This document shows, in pieces, positions 29,475 through 40,198 of a DNA stretch of 64,000 nucleotides. The notes beneath the pieces were generated by a model. The model worked only from the letters and a program-made list of their open reading frames with translations. It had not been told where the DNA came from and did not search any database. This stretch comes from an uncultured Acidobacteriota bacterium (GTDB lineage: Bacteria > Acidobacteriota > UBA6911), in contig CAWEJX010000020.1 in assembly GCA_963809485.1 (NCBI GenBank), positions 128,001 to 192,000 on the forward strand. Direction: 5' to 3'. How positions within the stretch are numbered: the stretch's first letter is position 1; every line of letters begins with the position of its first letter. Position numbers and translations under genes: made by a program.

Positions 29475-30139
29475 GGGAGTTTCCTTATCATTTTTAATGC
29501 TCTGTTTCATCCAATAAAATTCCAGTGAGTTTGGATGTGACATCCGGTTTCCCCATATTCCTTGTCGCCATCAGACAGATCCTTAACGATGGGCACATCG
29601 GGAACAAAAAACAGACAAAACCTGAATAGATAGTTTATAGCGCTTTTCAAAATACGTTAACAAGGAATTAACAAAAGGGCCGCTTTGCGCGGTGAGGTTG
29701 CGACGATCAGGGACAATAAAAACGCTGATGGAGGGATTTGCATCGACCCAAATATCGGGGATCAGAGTAATCCCCATATCCCACTCACCTGGAACCAGTT
29801 GCGTAACCGGATCAATGGATTTGGGGCTCATCCCTTTGCGCTTCCTAAAATCCGTCCCCGACAATGTTGTTTCGCTGTAAAAGAAAATCCAAATGGGCTA
29901 AAATAGGTTTAGCTGCGAACAGATACCAAAACAATACGCCAGCTGTCGATGCAGGGGAGATGCTCTTCATGATCGGCAAGACGCTGGGAAACCACGATAT
30001 TCCAGCTCCAACTCAAGCGAGCAGCGCAAATCCATTGTATTGCATGACCGTTGAGACTGTTGGAATCGGCCTCCGCCGATGAAACAGGGCAAGATCGTCG
30101 ATACGGCCGGATATTTTTTTTGCGAACCAAGGGGGCGCC

Positions 30140-30478
30140 ATGAAGATAAAAACACGCACCATTGGAGATGTGCGAATTTTTGATTGCAGCGGCAAAATTA
30201 CGCTGGATGAGGGGATGCTGTCGCTTCGCAACACTCTGCATGATGCTTTGCAGGGCGGCATGAACAAGATCGTTCTCAATTTCGCCCACACCAAATTCAT
30301 CGACAGCTCAGGCGTTGGCGAACTGGTGCACACCTACAATTCAGTCACCAATGGCGGAGGGCAGATGAAGCTGCTCAACCTGACGAAGAAAATCTCGGAC
30401 CCGCTCGTCATCACCAAACTGATGACGGTTTTCAAAACATACAATGACGAGCAATCCGCCCTGGCAAGTTTTGATTGA
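30140..30478 (+). CDS. STAS-domain anti-sigma factor antagonist
   Basis: FIDSSGVGEL phosphoserine motif; LVITKL. Confidence 0.92.
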   Translation: MKIKTRTIGDVRIFDCSGKITLDEGMLSLRNTLHDALQGGMNKIVLNFAHTKFIDSSGVGELVHTYNSVTNGGGQMKLLNLTKKISDPLVITKLMTVFKTYNDEQSALASFD

Positions 30479-30916
30479 ACACGATTTAGGCAGATTGATA
30501 TCTTCCTGGAATTGGGCAAGAACCGCTTATCCACGGATGCTCTGGATGCCGGGTAATCCACGGTGTTTGGATATGCCTCCTCCATCAGGGACTTCCATAC
30601 CCAGAACTTGTGTGTCCGATACCTCAAGTAAACAGCTCTTTGGGCAGTTTAAATAAGGGCTCAGGGAATCCTCCTTGCCGGTGATCGACACGATACTTAC
30701 CACGCCGACCTGTTCCGGCTTTTCAAATCCGAGCTGTGCTGCCGGCGCTATGGGTAATCAGCTAATGGACGCCGCCGTCTTCTCCGCCGTAATGCGCATT
30801 TGCCCTTGATGCGCGATGCCGGTCTGTGTCCTAATCGCCCATATGGGAATCCTGTACCGCGAAATGGATTCCTTGATGAAGAAAGGATGCTGAGCCTGTG
30901 CTCGGAATTGAGGTCT

Positions 30917-31441
30917 ATGGCTGAACGTCTGGAAAAGAATGCGGCTGATTGCGGGATTCCCGCAGTGTGTGAGCGAATAGTCCCAGTCTGGTTGGTTATC
31001 CTGGATAATGCTCCCACCATCCTGATGTTTTTTCTCGGCTCGGCGCTGATCTGGCAAATCCATCCGGTCTATTCTATGCTGTTTCTTATCTATTGCGGTC
31101 TGTCCATCGTCCTGTTCTGGCGGCTCATCTGCCCGTGGTGCCACCATTTCGGCAGCTCGGCTTGTCCATGCGGCTATGGAAAAATTTCATCCCTCTTTTT
31201 TAAAAGAAAAACAGGCAAAGAATTCAGAAAAGTTTTTCGCAAAAACATCGGCATTCTTTTTCCCTGCTGGATCGTTCCACTGGGAACGGGCCTCTACCTG
31301 CTCCGGACGCAATTCGCCTGGTCGCTGTTATCGCTTTTCCTATCCTTCTGCCTGGTGGGTTTCGTGCTGATTCCCGCAATATCGAGGTTTGTGGGCTGCA
31401 GATCATGCGAAATAAAGGCCGAGTGTCCCTGGATGTCCTGA
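30917..31441 (+). CDS. Cys-rich 4-TM membrane protein, function unknown
   Basis: Four hydrophobic segments; CPWCHH..CPCG and CRSCEIKAECP; start moved to ATG 30917 (GAGG RBS). Confidence 0.7.
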   Translation: MAERLEKNAADCGIPAVCERIVPVWLVILDNAPTILMFFLGSALIWQIHPVYSMLFLIYCGLSIVLFWRLICPWCHHFGSSACPCGYGKISSLFFKRKTGKEFRKVFRKNIGILFPCWIVPLGTGLYLLRTQFAWSLLSLFLSFCLVGFVLIPAISRFVGCRSCEIKAECPWMS

Positions 31442-32058
31442 ACACTCTCCTGTCAAATTAGCTTTTTGCCATAATCGGAGAAGAATTCCTCAGCATGGGA
31501 ATTTTTCCCTGCTGTCCTGCATTTGCTTGAGCGTCACCCCAGAGTGAGACGCCCCATCCTGTCGGATATTCAACAATTTTTCGACGAAAACGTACCATTT
31601 CCACCTGCATGAAGCCAACTGAGACATCGCCATTCGAGCGATTCAGATTGATAAAATCTACACCCGGTTTGGGAATCATACCGACTCATACGCCGGGATA
31701 TCTTTTGGAATAGTCGCCCGGCTGGGCCAGATGCGCCACTGATTCTGATCTTGAATCAGGACGGCTGAACCGGCGAACCCAGAGGTTTGATGACAGCCCA
31801 CTGAAAGCGGTTCGGTGAGTTCCATCCTCCCTTGCACGCTGTCCTTCAACCTGGTTGTCAGCGTTATCGGATTCTGGCGCTGCCAAATTCCATGATTCTC
31901 CAGACAAAAGTAGGGAATTGCCGGCGCATTCAAATTACGGAACTCCGGTTTGAAGGCTCCGATCTTTGCACTGGATCCCTGAAGACATTGACGCCGAATC
32001 GTTCAATCCATACAATCAGCTTTTGCCCGATACTGTGTTCGGGTCCGGAAAGGACAGG

Positions 32059-33288
32059 ATGGCGACCGTAAACGAAAACTTTTTGAAATTGCAGGCGGGA
32101 TACCTTTTTCCCGAAGTAGGAAAACGCAGGCGCGCCTATCAGCAGGCGCACCCTGAGGCAAAGATCATCAGCATGGGGATTGGCGATGTGACGCAGCCGC
32201 TGGCGCCGGCGGTGATCGAGGCAATGCACAAGGCCGTCGACGAAATGGCGAAGAAAGAGACCTTTCGCGGCTACGATGACGGCGGCGTCGGCTATGAGTT
32301 TTTGCGGGAGGCGATTCGTGCCAACGATTACGCATCGCGCGGCCTTGCTATCGGCATCGAAGAAATATTCATCAGCGACGGGGCGAAATCGGACACGGCG
32401 AACAGCCAGGAATTATTCGGGCTCGACAATGTCGTCGCGGTGACCGATCCGGTCTACCCGGTTTATGTCGACAGCAACGTCATGGCAGGCCGTACGGGGC
32501 CGATGGCCGGACAGGGAATGTATCAAAAAATCCTCTACCTGCCTGCGAAAGTGGAGAACAATTTTGTCCCGGATCCGCCGCGCGAAAGAGCGGATATCAT
32601 TTATCTCTGCTTTCCCAACAATCCTACAGGAGCCGTAGCAACCAAGGAGCAGCTCAAAAAGTGGGTTGACTATGCAGCGCAGAACGGATCCATACTCCTA
32701 TTCGATGCAGCCTACGAAGCCTATATCAGCGATCCCTCGATACCTCATTCCATTTATGAAATCCCGGGAGCCAAAGAGGTCGCCATCGAATTCCGCAGCT
32801 TTTCCAAAACGGCCGGATTCACCGGAGTCCGATGCGCTTTTTCCATAGTGCCGAAAGAGTTGCGCGCAGGATCCAAAACCGGGGAGAGTATTGCGCTGAA
32901 TCCGCTTTGGAGCAGGCGCCTGTGCACAAAATTCAACGGCGTATCCTACGTTACCCAGGCAGGGGCGGCGGCAACCTATACTGCGGAGGGCAAAAAACAA
33001 ATTCGAGCCATCATCGGGCTGTACATGAATAACGCCGGAGTTATATGCAAAACCCTCACAGGGCTGGGATATCAGACCTATGGCGGAGTGAACGCACCCT
33101 ACATCTGGCTGAAAACTCCAAAAGGATTCAGCTCGTGGGAATTCTTTGATCTTCTGCTGGAAAAGGCAAACCTTATCACAACGCCGGGGGTAGGTTTCGG
33201 GCCATCCGGTGAGGGATTCGTCCGCTTAACAGCATTCGGCGACCCGGACAATGTAAAGGAAGCGTTGGACCGGATTGCCCGCATATGA
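32059..33288 (+). CDS. dapL: LL-diaminopimelate aminotransferase
   Basis: YLFPEV, GIGDVTQP, SDGAKSD, DPVYPVYVDSN, CFPNNPTG, RSFSKTAGFTGVRC, TKFNG. Confidence 0.96.
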   Translation: MATVNENFLKLQAGYLFPEVGKRRRAYQQAHPEAKIISMGIGDVTQPLAPAVIEAMHKAVDEMAKKETFRGYDDGGVGYEFLREAIRANDYASRGLAIGIEEIFISDGAKSDTANSQELFGLDNVVAVTDPVYPVYVDSNVMAGRTGPMAGQGMYQKILYLPAKVENNFVPDPPRERADIIYLCFPNNPTGAVATKEQLKKWVDYAAQNGSILLFDAAYEAYISDPSIPHSIYEIPGAKEVAIEFRSFSKTAGFTGVRCAFSIVPKELRAGSKTGESIALNPLWSRRLCTKFNGVSYVTQAGAAATYTAEGKKQIRAIIGLYMNNAGVICKTLTGLGYQTYGGVNAPYIWLKTPKGFSSWEFFDLLLEKANLITTPGVGFGPSGEGFVRLTAFGDPDNVKEALDRIARI

Positions 33289-33473
33289 AATCGGGGAGGT
33301 CCGGGGAAAATGGTCAGGGCAGCCGGGAGTTTCCTATCGTCCCGGCCATCTTCGGTTCAAAATCGCGTTAATTCCACAATTGATCATACCCGGCAGTCCG
33401 AATATGATGGTCCTGCAACAAATCCCAGGATTGTGACCGGCTTTGGGAACATCCAAATTAAGGAGAACGCAAT

Positions 33474-34445
33474 ATGCAGAGGAAATTATTCGTTGCAGCA
33501 GTCTTTTTAGCTTTTTTCCCGACCGTATTTGCTCAACCGGCACTCAAGGTCACCTGCGACCGCGCCTGTCTGGAAAAATACATCGATCGTTACCTGGATG
33601 CCATGCTCGCTCATAAGGTGAATCCGGAGCTGTTTGCCAAAAACTGCAGGTTCACGGAGAACGGAGTCGAGCTGCCGATGGGAGGAGAGGGGCTGTGGTA
33701 CAGCATGTCCGGAAAGGGGACCTATAAATTTTACGTCCCCGATATTGAAACCCAGCAGGTTGCCTTCATCGGGACCGTCAAAGAAGGGGGACAGGCCTCG
33801 GGCGCTAAAGCGGCACCGGGAGCCAAGCCCGCCTTGCCGACAACGGCCGCCGTTGCCATCCGTTTGAAGGTACTGGATGGCTTGATAACTGAAGCGGAGC
33901 AGCTCGTAATCAGGCCGGAACAAAGCCTGTCTGGAGACGCGCCTGCCTCCAAATTCCCGCCGACGGGCGAGGCCGTGGAAAAGATGGGGTCCCCGCATCC
34001 GATCTTTGCCGAAGTTATTCCGGAAGCTGAACGGCCTATCCGCGAGGAGCTGGTCAGGATTGGCGACTACTATTTCGCGGGATTACAGCGCAATGACGGC
34101 AAAGGCTATTATCCCTTTACCGATGACTGCATCCGCTATGAAAACGGCATGCTGGCAACGAAAGAATGCAAGAAGCAGTTTGAGACCCAACTTAAAGGCA
34201 TTGTGACACGAATCCGCGATCGCCGTTTCGTTGCGGTCGACCGGGAAAGAGGCATTGTCTTCGCTTTCGGCTTCTTCGATCATGTGCAGATCAATTGGAC
34301 CTGGCAGCTGGCTGAACTGTTTAAAATCGAGAAGGGCAATATACGCCGCATCGAGGCGGTATTCCACCGATGCCCTTATGGAATGAACTCCGGATGGAGC
34401 ACCTATGAACAGGGCATGTCGGAGGAGATACAAAGCATTCGATAA
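33474..34445 (+). CDS. Secreted hypothetical protein (CDRACL N-terminus, possible tandem NTF2-like folds)
   Basis: Signal peptide; internal duplication (CRFTENG / CIRYENG); ELFKIEKGNIRRIEAV. Confidence 0.75.
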   Translation: MQRKLFVAAVFLAFFPTVFAQPALKVTCDRACLEKYIDRYLDAMLAHKVNPELFAKNCRFTENGVELPMGGEGLWYSMSGKGTYKFYVPDIETQQVAFIGTVKEGGQASGAKAAPGAKPALPTTAAVAIRLKVLDGLITEAEQLVIRPEQSLSGDAPASKFPPTGEAVEKMGSPHPIFAEVIPEAERPIREELVRIGDYYFAGLQRNDGKGYYPFTDDCIRYENGMLATKECKKQFETQLKGIVTRIRDRRFVAVDRERGIVFAFGFFDHVQINWTWQLAELFKIEKGNIRRIEAVFHRCPYGMNSGWSTYEQGMSEEIQSIR

Positions 34446-34657
34446 GCAGGTATTTCGGTTAACGCGCAAAACGCGATGGAGTTTTTGTCCGCTTGAAGGG
34501 CGTGCCGGCTTGGGCGGAGGCGGGATTGGGCTGGATGCAATGAATCCCGGGCAAAGGTAGATCGGTTTAATCGATTGGGAGATCCACAAGCTCTGCCGGT
34601 GAGGAAATATCCGTTTGAGACAAACTGGAGCGTACGTTTTCCCCGGTGTCCTGACGG

Positions 34658-34755
34658 AAATACTGAATATCGAATGTCGAATTGCGAATTTTGAACCGCA
34701 GAAGTTAGGACCGGACTTCGAAATTCATCATTCTTTGTTCGTCATTCTGCAGTTC
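34658..34755. repeat. Heptamer-arm hairpin element H2
   Basis: GAATATC GAATGTC GAATTGC GAATTTT GAACCGCAGAAGT, spacer, ACTTCGAAATTCATCATTC...CATTCTGCAGTTC. Confidence 0.75.
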
Positions 34756-34935
34756 TACAAGCTTTAAAGTTGTTTATTGCGAGTGCCATCGGTTTTATCT
34801 TTCATCGGTTGCGATCAGGCTTCGTTGAGGGACCAGCAACCGTAAAGCCTCCGGATCTGGCGGAGAGCCCGCAGCAATACGCTCGTCTTGCTGTATTTCG
34901 CGATACGGGATTTATTCCTCAAGGGAGGTGCCACT

Positions 34936-37002
34936 GTGACAGGCGGATACACCGGCAAAATCCTTCGAATTAACCTGACCCGAAAATCCATCGGCACCAT
35001 CGATACTGAGAGGTATGAAGAATACGGCGGCGGACACGGAATCGGCTCGGCGATATTCTGGGACCTGGCAGGCGATCAACTTCCCTTTGACGCGCTTGAT
35101 CCCAGGAATGTCGTCACCATCATGACGAGTCCATTTTCCGGCGTGCTTGTACCGGCCGCGACGGGACGGTGTGAAGTGCAGGGCGTCGGGCCGCAGCCCT
35201 ATCCTGTGGAATGGTTCACTCGCAGCAATTTTGGTGGGCGTTTTTCCTCCCAGTTAAAGTATGCGGGTTGGGACGGCATCGTGATCGAGGGCGCGGTGGC
35301 CGGAGCCGACGATCCGGTTTGGATCAACATCATCAACGATAAGGTCACCATCGAGAGCGCACGAACGCTGTGGGGTCTCGATACCGTCGAAACCCAGGAG
35401 GAAATCTGGCGACGCGTGGCTCCGGGCCTGCGGTTCGGCGAGTGGCTCGCTCTTGGAGCCGAATACACAACCCAAAAGCCTGCGGTATTATGCATCGGCC
35501 CTGCCGGAGAGAAGCAGGCCAGAATCGCCTCCCTGATCCACGACGCAGGAAACGGCGCGGGGCAAGGAGGATTTGGAGCCGTTTGGGGATCTAAAAAGCT
35601 TAAGGCGATCAGCGTAATCGGGACGGGAAACGTCACGGTCGCAAATCCGAAGGCCCTGATTGAAGCGCGGCTATGGTATCGGCAGTTCCAATACGACGTG
35701 GATAAACCCAGGTTGGAAAAACCTGCTGAAGCGATGCTTTTCTCACCGGTCAACAATTCCCCGGCTTCGGACAACTTCAATAACATGCAGCCTCCTCTGG
35801 AGCCCGCACGTCCTCAGGCTTGTGCCGGCTGCCCCAAAGCATGCCGGCAAAGATTGGCCGGAGGCATGGGAAATGAGTCGAGTTGTGCAGAGTCTGCCTT
35901 TGGGTTCAGCTTTCCCTCACGGCGGGACAAAGAACGAGCCACCGACCTGTTGCAGGCGTATGGACTTAATGCAGCTCAAATGGGAACCATGATCCAATAC
36001 CTTCTTGCGCTTGAAAAAGCAGGAGTATTGGGCCCGGGGAAGGAAATCGAGTGCGACCTGCCGTTCAATTTGTACGGGACGCTCGATTTTCTCCAGACAA
36101 TAATGAGGAAAACGGCTCTGAGAGAGGGAATCGGCGATATCCTGAGCACCGGCTGCGCCAGGATTGCCGAAAAATGGGGCAGGTACAAAAAAGACACGGA
36201 CAGCGGCATTCTGAATACGCCCAATTGGGGCTATATGGAGCACTACGAACCCAGAGTTGAGGTCGAATGGAGCTATGGCTCGATTCTAGGAGATCGAGAC
36301 ATCAACGAGCACAGCCTCAATTTTCCCCTGCAGCACATGCCCAGTTCAACAATTGGCGCGAAACTCGAACCATTTTTCACTGCCGAAAAGCTGGCTGAGA
36401 TCATTGCCTCAAAGGTCGCTCCTTACACCGGCGATCCCTTCATGTTCGACTACGGCGAAGGTCCCACGGGCATCTATTCGGATCACAGAGTGAAGACGAT
36501 AGCCTGGCACAGGCATTACACAAGGTTCTGGATACAATCGGCGCTTTTTTGCGACTGGGTTTGGCCGTTGTTTTTTACACCCAACACCGCCGATATATCA
36601 GGAGCAACTCCCGAAGGAGAGCCAAAATTCTTCAATGCAGTGACCGGAAAGCGGATTTCGTTCACGGATGGCGTCGAGACGGGACGCAAAATATGGAATC
36701 TGGACCGATCTATTTGGGTTTTGCAGGGCAGGCATCGGGACATGGAAGTCCATGCCGGATACGTTTATAGCGTCCCGACCCAACGACCCTGTTACCTGCC
36801 GGTATGCGATAACGGCAAATGGAGCTATGCCGCCAACACAGGGAGAGTTTTGAACAAGCAAAAATTCGAGGAATGGAAAACGAAGTTTTATGCGTTTGAA
36901 GGCTGGAATACTGCCAGCGGCTGGCCCAAATCGGCGGGGCTCGAGGCACTGGGGCTCGGGAAAGTGGCTGACACCCTGAAATCGAAAAGCAGGCTCGGCT
37001 AG
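34936..37002 (+). CDS. Aldehyde:ferredoxin oxidoreductase family paralog 3
   Basis: GGYTGKILRINLT, LKYAGWDG, GSKKLKAI, CAGCPKAC, FCDW; GTG start with GGAGG RBS. Confidence 0.92.
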   Translation: MTGGYTGKILRINLTRKSIGTIDTERYEEYGGGHGIGSAIFWDLAGDQLPFDALDPRNVVTIMTSPFSGVLVPAATGRCEVQGVGPQPYPVEWFTRSNFGGRFSSQLKYAGWDGIVIEGAVAGADDPVWINIINDKVTIESARTLWGLDTVETQEEIWRRVAPGLRFGEWLALGAEYTTQKPAVLCIGPAGEKQARIASLIHDAGNGAGQGGFGAVWGSKKLKAISVIGTGNVTVANPKALIEARLWYRQFQYDVDKPRLEKPAEAMLFSPVNNSPASDNFNNMQPPLEPARPQACAGCPKACRQRLAGGMGNESSCAESAFGFSFPSRRDKERATDLLQAYGLNAAQMGTMIQYLLALEKAGVLGPGKEIECDLPFNLYGTLDFLQTIMRKTALREGIGDILSTGCARIAEKWGRYKKDTDSGILNTPNWGYMEHYEPRVEVEWSYGSILGDRDINEHSLNFPLQHMPSSTIGAKLEPFFTAEKLAEIIASKVAPYTGDPFMFDYGEGPTGIYSDHRVKTIAWHRHYTRFWIQSALFCDWVWPLFFTPNTADISGATPEGEPKFFNAVTGKRISFTDGVETGRKIWNLDRSIWVLQGRHRDMEVHAGYVYSVPTQRPCYLPVCDNGKWSYAANTGRVLNKQKFEEWKTKFYAFEGWNTASGWPKSAGLEALGLGKVADTLKSKSRLG

Positions 37003-37236
37003 CACGTCAAATTGCAGATCAGGCAAGCTGAAAGAGAAAATACCTTAAATCTCTTTTACCCGAATCCCGGACAAGTTCAGTTTTAAAGGGCAGCTGAAAG
37101 TCAGAAACCTGCATTGATTTTGGCAAATCACCGTGCCTGCTTTCCTGGAGACAGACAGGTTTCAGGCTCCCTCTCAGCTATGAGAGGTGCCAGACGGATT
37201 CGTTTTCCCGGGCGGCGAATCCCCGGCGGCACCAAC

Positions 37237-37758
37237 CTACATGTCCGCGATATCTATCGCCGGAGCCACAGGCACGGGATTCATGGGCCTGTCAAATAGC
37301 TTGTCCGATGAAGCGCTGAGTTCGACGACGGGCTTATCGCTGGCCACCTTGGGATTCATGTCAATGCTGCCCTTGAAGATGCTGCCGTCCTCGAGGACGA
37401 CGCGGGGAGCGACGATGTTTCCTCGCACTTTCCCCGTTTTTTTGATGATCAGCTGATTTTCGCCGAAGAGATTTCCCTCCACATTGCCCTCGATGCTTAT
37501 GGTGCTCCCGTATATATCGGCGTTTACATGTCCATTTTTTCCTACGGTAACGTTGTGCTGCTGAACCAGGACCTTGCCGTCCACATGCCCTTCAATGAGA
37601 AGATCCTCTTCACCCATCAGATCGCCCTTGATATGGATAGTCTTCCCTATCATCGCCTGTTCCTTGACAGGTTGCGGCACGGGATTCGTGTGCGGAATTA
37701 CAACGGGCTCGGATTGGGACTGAATCTGGGATTCTTCGACTTCGGTTTTCTTCCACAT
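37237..37758 (-). CDS. Bactofilin (polymer-forming cytoskeletal protein)
   Basis: IGKTIHIKGDL, IEGHVDG, GNVEGN, GSIFKGSIDM beta-helix repeats. Confidence 0.93.
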   Translation of the reverse strand: MWKKTEVEESQIQSQSEPVVIPHTNPVPQPVKEQAMIGKTIHIKGDLMGEEDLLIEGHVDGKVLVQQHNVTVGKNGHVNADIYGSTISIEGNVEGNLFGENQLIIKKTGKVRGNIVAPRVVLEDGSIFKGSIDMNPKVASDKPVVELSASSDKLFDRPMNPVPVAPAIDIADM

Positions 37759-37980
37759 GCTGGCTGCTCCATACAAACAAAAGGGGAAAGGCTGCTGGAG
37801 GTCATTTCCCCAAATTTAATGTAAATGCCTCGATCATCCTTTGGACTCTTCCGGCAAGCCTCCAACAGTTGTGGTCATTTCTACCGGAGAGCCGGGGCAC
37901 CTATCCAGATCCTGTCCAGCGTCCATTCGGGCAGGATCCCAAGCACAGCTTTCTCTGTTATTGGTATCGGCAGGTTTGTG

Positions 37981-38178
37981 TCAAACCTTCTTCGGCAATT
38001 TGAGGGCAGGAAGCGCGACCAGGCACCCGGCTATAATCAAAACCCTTGTACGCAACGACACCTCCGGGAGAGCGGCGGATACTTTGGGCGAAACCGGAGA
38101 CCGGGGAAAGAACCATATTGCGAATCCGACAGCCAGGAGAATGTAGATCGGGAGCCAGAGGACAATGGCAGTCTTCAC
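37981..38178 (-). CDS. Small two-TM hypothetical protein
   Basis: GTG start 7 nt after AAGGAG; 65 aa with two hydrophobic segments. Confidence 0.45.
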   Translation of the reverse strand: MKTAIVLWLPIYILLAVGFAIWFFPRSPVSPKVSAALPEVSLRTRVLIIAGCLVALPALKLPKKV

Positions 38179-38579
38179 GGGTGTACTCCTTATGGGTAGC
38201 GGGCTTCCCTTGTCCCGGTTGGCGCAAAGCATGCCTGCCGGCAGGCTTTCTCCCCGGCAGCTTCCATGCCGACAGAGGCGTTTCGATCCTTGTTATTGTA
38301 GCTACCAATCATCAAAGCGGCCTGGCAAAGCGAAGATTGTCAGTTGCCGACGCCTGCAAACACGGCGCTATCATCTGGAGATTGCTTCCAGTTGCAGTGT
38401 ATGATGGCCGCAAGCAGAATGCATGGGCCAAATCGATTGCGATAGGTCTGGTTTTCCCATCCATGTCACTATGGCAACGGACGGAATGGTGTTTGTGCGC
38501 TTCGCTTAAGGAGAAGCAGAATATCTTCTAAGCCGGTGATAGAGCCAGGAGGCACCGGAGATCCGGTCGAGACTGGAGG

Positions 38580-40121
38580 ATGGCTTTGAATAATTCCCAA
38601 CAGCGGATGAGGATTAGGGCGCTTTTGCCAAAATTTCACATTGTATTTCCGCCCGCCCTGCTGCTTTGTGTGTTCCTTTTGGCCGGCTGCAGCGATGCAC
38701 CCAAGGCAAGTCTCCCCGGGCGGCAGATTCCATTGAATCCATGCCAGCTCAGCGCACCCGGAATGGCCACCCGTCTTCCGGCCGAGTGCGGAAAACTCAC
38801 TGTCTATGAGGACCGCGCAGCCCGGTCCGGGCAGCGTATTGATCTGCACATCGCGGTAATTACGGCCCTCAGCCGGACACCGGAACCCGACCCTCTCTTT
38901 TTCATCACAGGCGGGCCAGGCGAAGCAGCTACGGAAGACTTCGTAAGAGTATCGGACGCCTTCGATAAGCTTAAAGGAAAACGGGACATCGTGCTCGTGG
39001 ACCAGCGCGGCACCGGCAAATCGCATCCGCTAAAATGCGATTCTCCGGCAGAGGAATCGGATGTGAGTGACGATGCCGAATTGGAAAACTCTATACGGGG
39101 ATGCCTCAAACAGCTCGATGGGGACGCCCGTTTTTACAATACCCTGCCGGCCGTTGACGATCTGGACCAGGTCCGCGCCGCCCTCGGGTATGACAGGATC
39201 AATCTGTATGGAATTTCTTATGGCACCCGGGTGGTTCAAACCTATATGAGCAAATACCCGAGACAGGTCCGGGCGGCGATTCTGGATGGTGTCGTGCCGC
39301 AGGATGAGGCCCTCGGCGTGAAAATGGCCAGCGATGCGCAAAAAAGCCTTGACGCCATTTTCGCGCGCTGCGCCGCTGATGATAAATGCAGCCACGCCTT
39401 CCCCGGATTGCCCGGCGAATTTGACGCCCTGCTGCATCGTGTGGACACACAACCGGTGAATATTGCGATCGAGCATCCCTCCACAAGTGAACGGACCCGG
39501 GTCCGTTTCACGCGCGACAGGCTGGGCAGCGCGGTCCGGCTGTTCAGCTACAGTACGGAGTCTGCGGCCCTGTTGCCTTTACTCATCCACGATTCCCAGA
39601 CCACCGGGGATTTCAGACGCCTGGCGGCTCAGTCGATGATTGTCGCTGAACAGGTGCAAGGAAGCATCAACCTGAACGTGCACAATTCGGTCGTGTGCGC
39701 CGAAGATATTCCTTTTTACTGGCGGGACGGCCAATTTGCAGGAGATGCTGGGGCGGAAGGCCGGTCTTATCTCGGCGAGGCGTACCGGAAACTTGAAAAA
39801 ATCTGCAGTCATTGGCCGGCAGCGAGGGTGCCCTCCGCGTTCAAATCGCCGGTCCGATCGGACGCCCCCGTTCTACTTCTATCGGGCCAATATGATCCTG
39901 TAACGCCGCCCAAAAACGCCGATCACGTTGCAGCCACGCTGCCCAACAGCCTTCACCTTGTCGCACCCGGGCAGGGACACGGCGTGTTCATGCGCGGCTG
40001 CGTCAGCAAGGTCGCCACAGAATTCATCGAGCGAGGAACCGCGAGGGGATTGGATACCGGCTGTGTTCAAGATCTGAAACCTTCTCCGTTTTTTCTGAGC
40101 TATGTCGGGCCGACGCCTTAA
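38580..40121 (+). CDS. Alpha/beta hydrolase (TAP-like peptidase S33), probable lipoprotein
   Basis: LLAGC lipobox, GGPG, DQRGTG, YGISYGT, DPVTP, GHG. Confidence 0.9.
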   Translation: MALNNSQQRMRIRALLPKFHIVFPPALLLCVFLLAGCSDAPKASLPGRQIPLNPCQLSAPGMATRLPAECGKLTVYEDRAARSGQRIDLHIAVITALSRTPEPDPLFFITGGPGEAATEDFVRVSDAFDKLKGKRDIVLVDQRGTGKSHPLKCDSPAEESDVSDDAELENSIRGCLKQLDGDARFYNTLPAVDDLDQVRAALGYDRINLYGISYGTRVVQTYMSKYPRQVRAAILDGVVPQDEALGVKMASDAQKSLDAIFARCAADDKCSHAFPGLPGEFDALLHRVDTQPVNIAIEHPSTSERTRVRFTRDRLGSAVRLFSYSTESAALLPLLIHDSQTTGDFRRLAAQSMIVAEQVQGSINLNVHNSVVCAEDIPFYWRDGQFAGDAGAEGRSYLGEAYRKLEKICSHWPAARVPSAFKSPVRSDAPVLLLSGQYDPVTPPKNADHVAATLPNSLHLVAPGQGHGVFMRGCVSKVATEFIERGTARGLDTGCVQDLKPSPFFLSYVGPTP

Positions 40122-40198
40122 TCCGATGCGCGCATTGTACCCATGAATCGCCTGTCGCCGTTGACAGAACCGGATCCGAATCGCCAGGAGAGCAGCTC

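Noticed and set aside
30480-30790. Possible decayed receiver-domain gene or riboswitch on the minus strand
   Set aside because: Only vague resemblance, interrupted by stops; no riboswitch consensus recognised.
31458-31825. Possible decayed PilZ-like gene (minus strand, ATG after GGGAGG)
   Set aside because: Motifs too degenerate to support without a database search.
37831-37983. Sec readthrough of the TGA ending the small TM ORF 37981..38178
   Set aside because: The frame stays open ~49 codons, but there is no redox motif context and no convincing SECIS.
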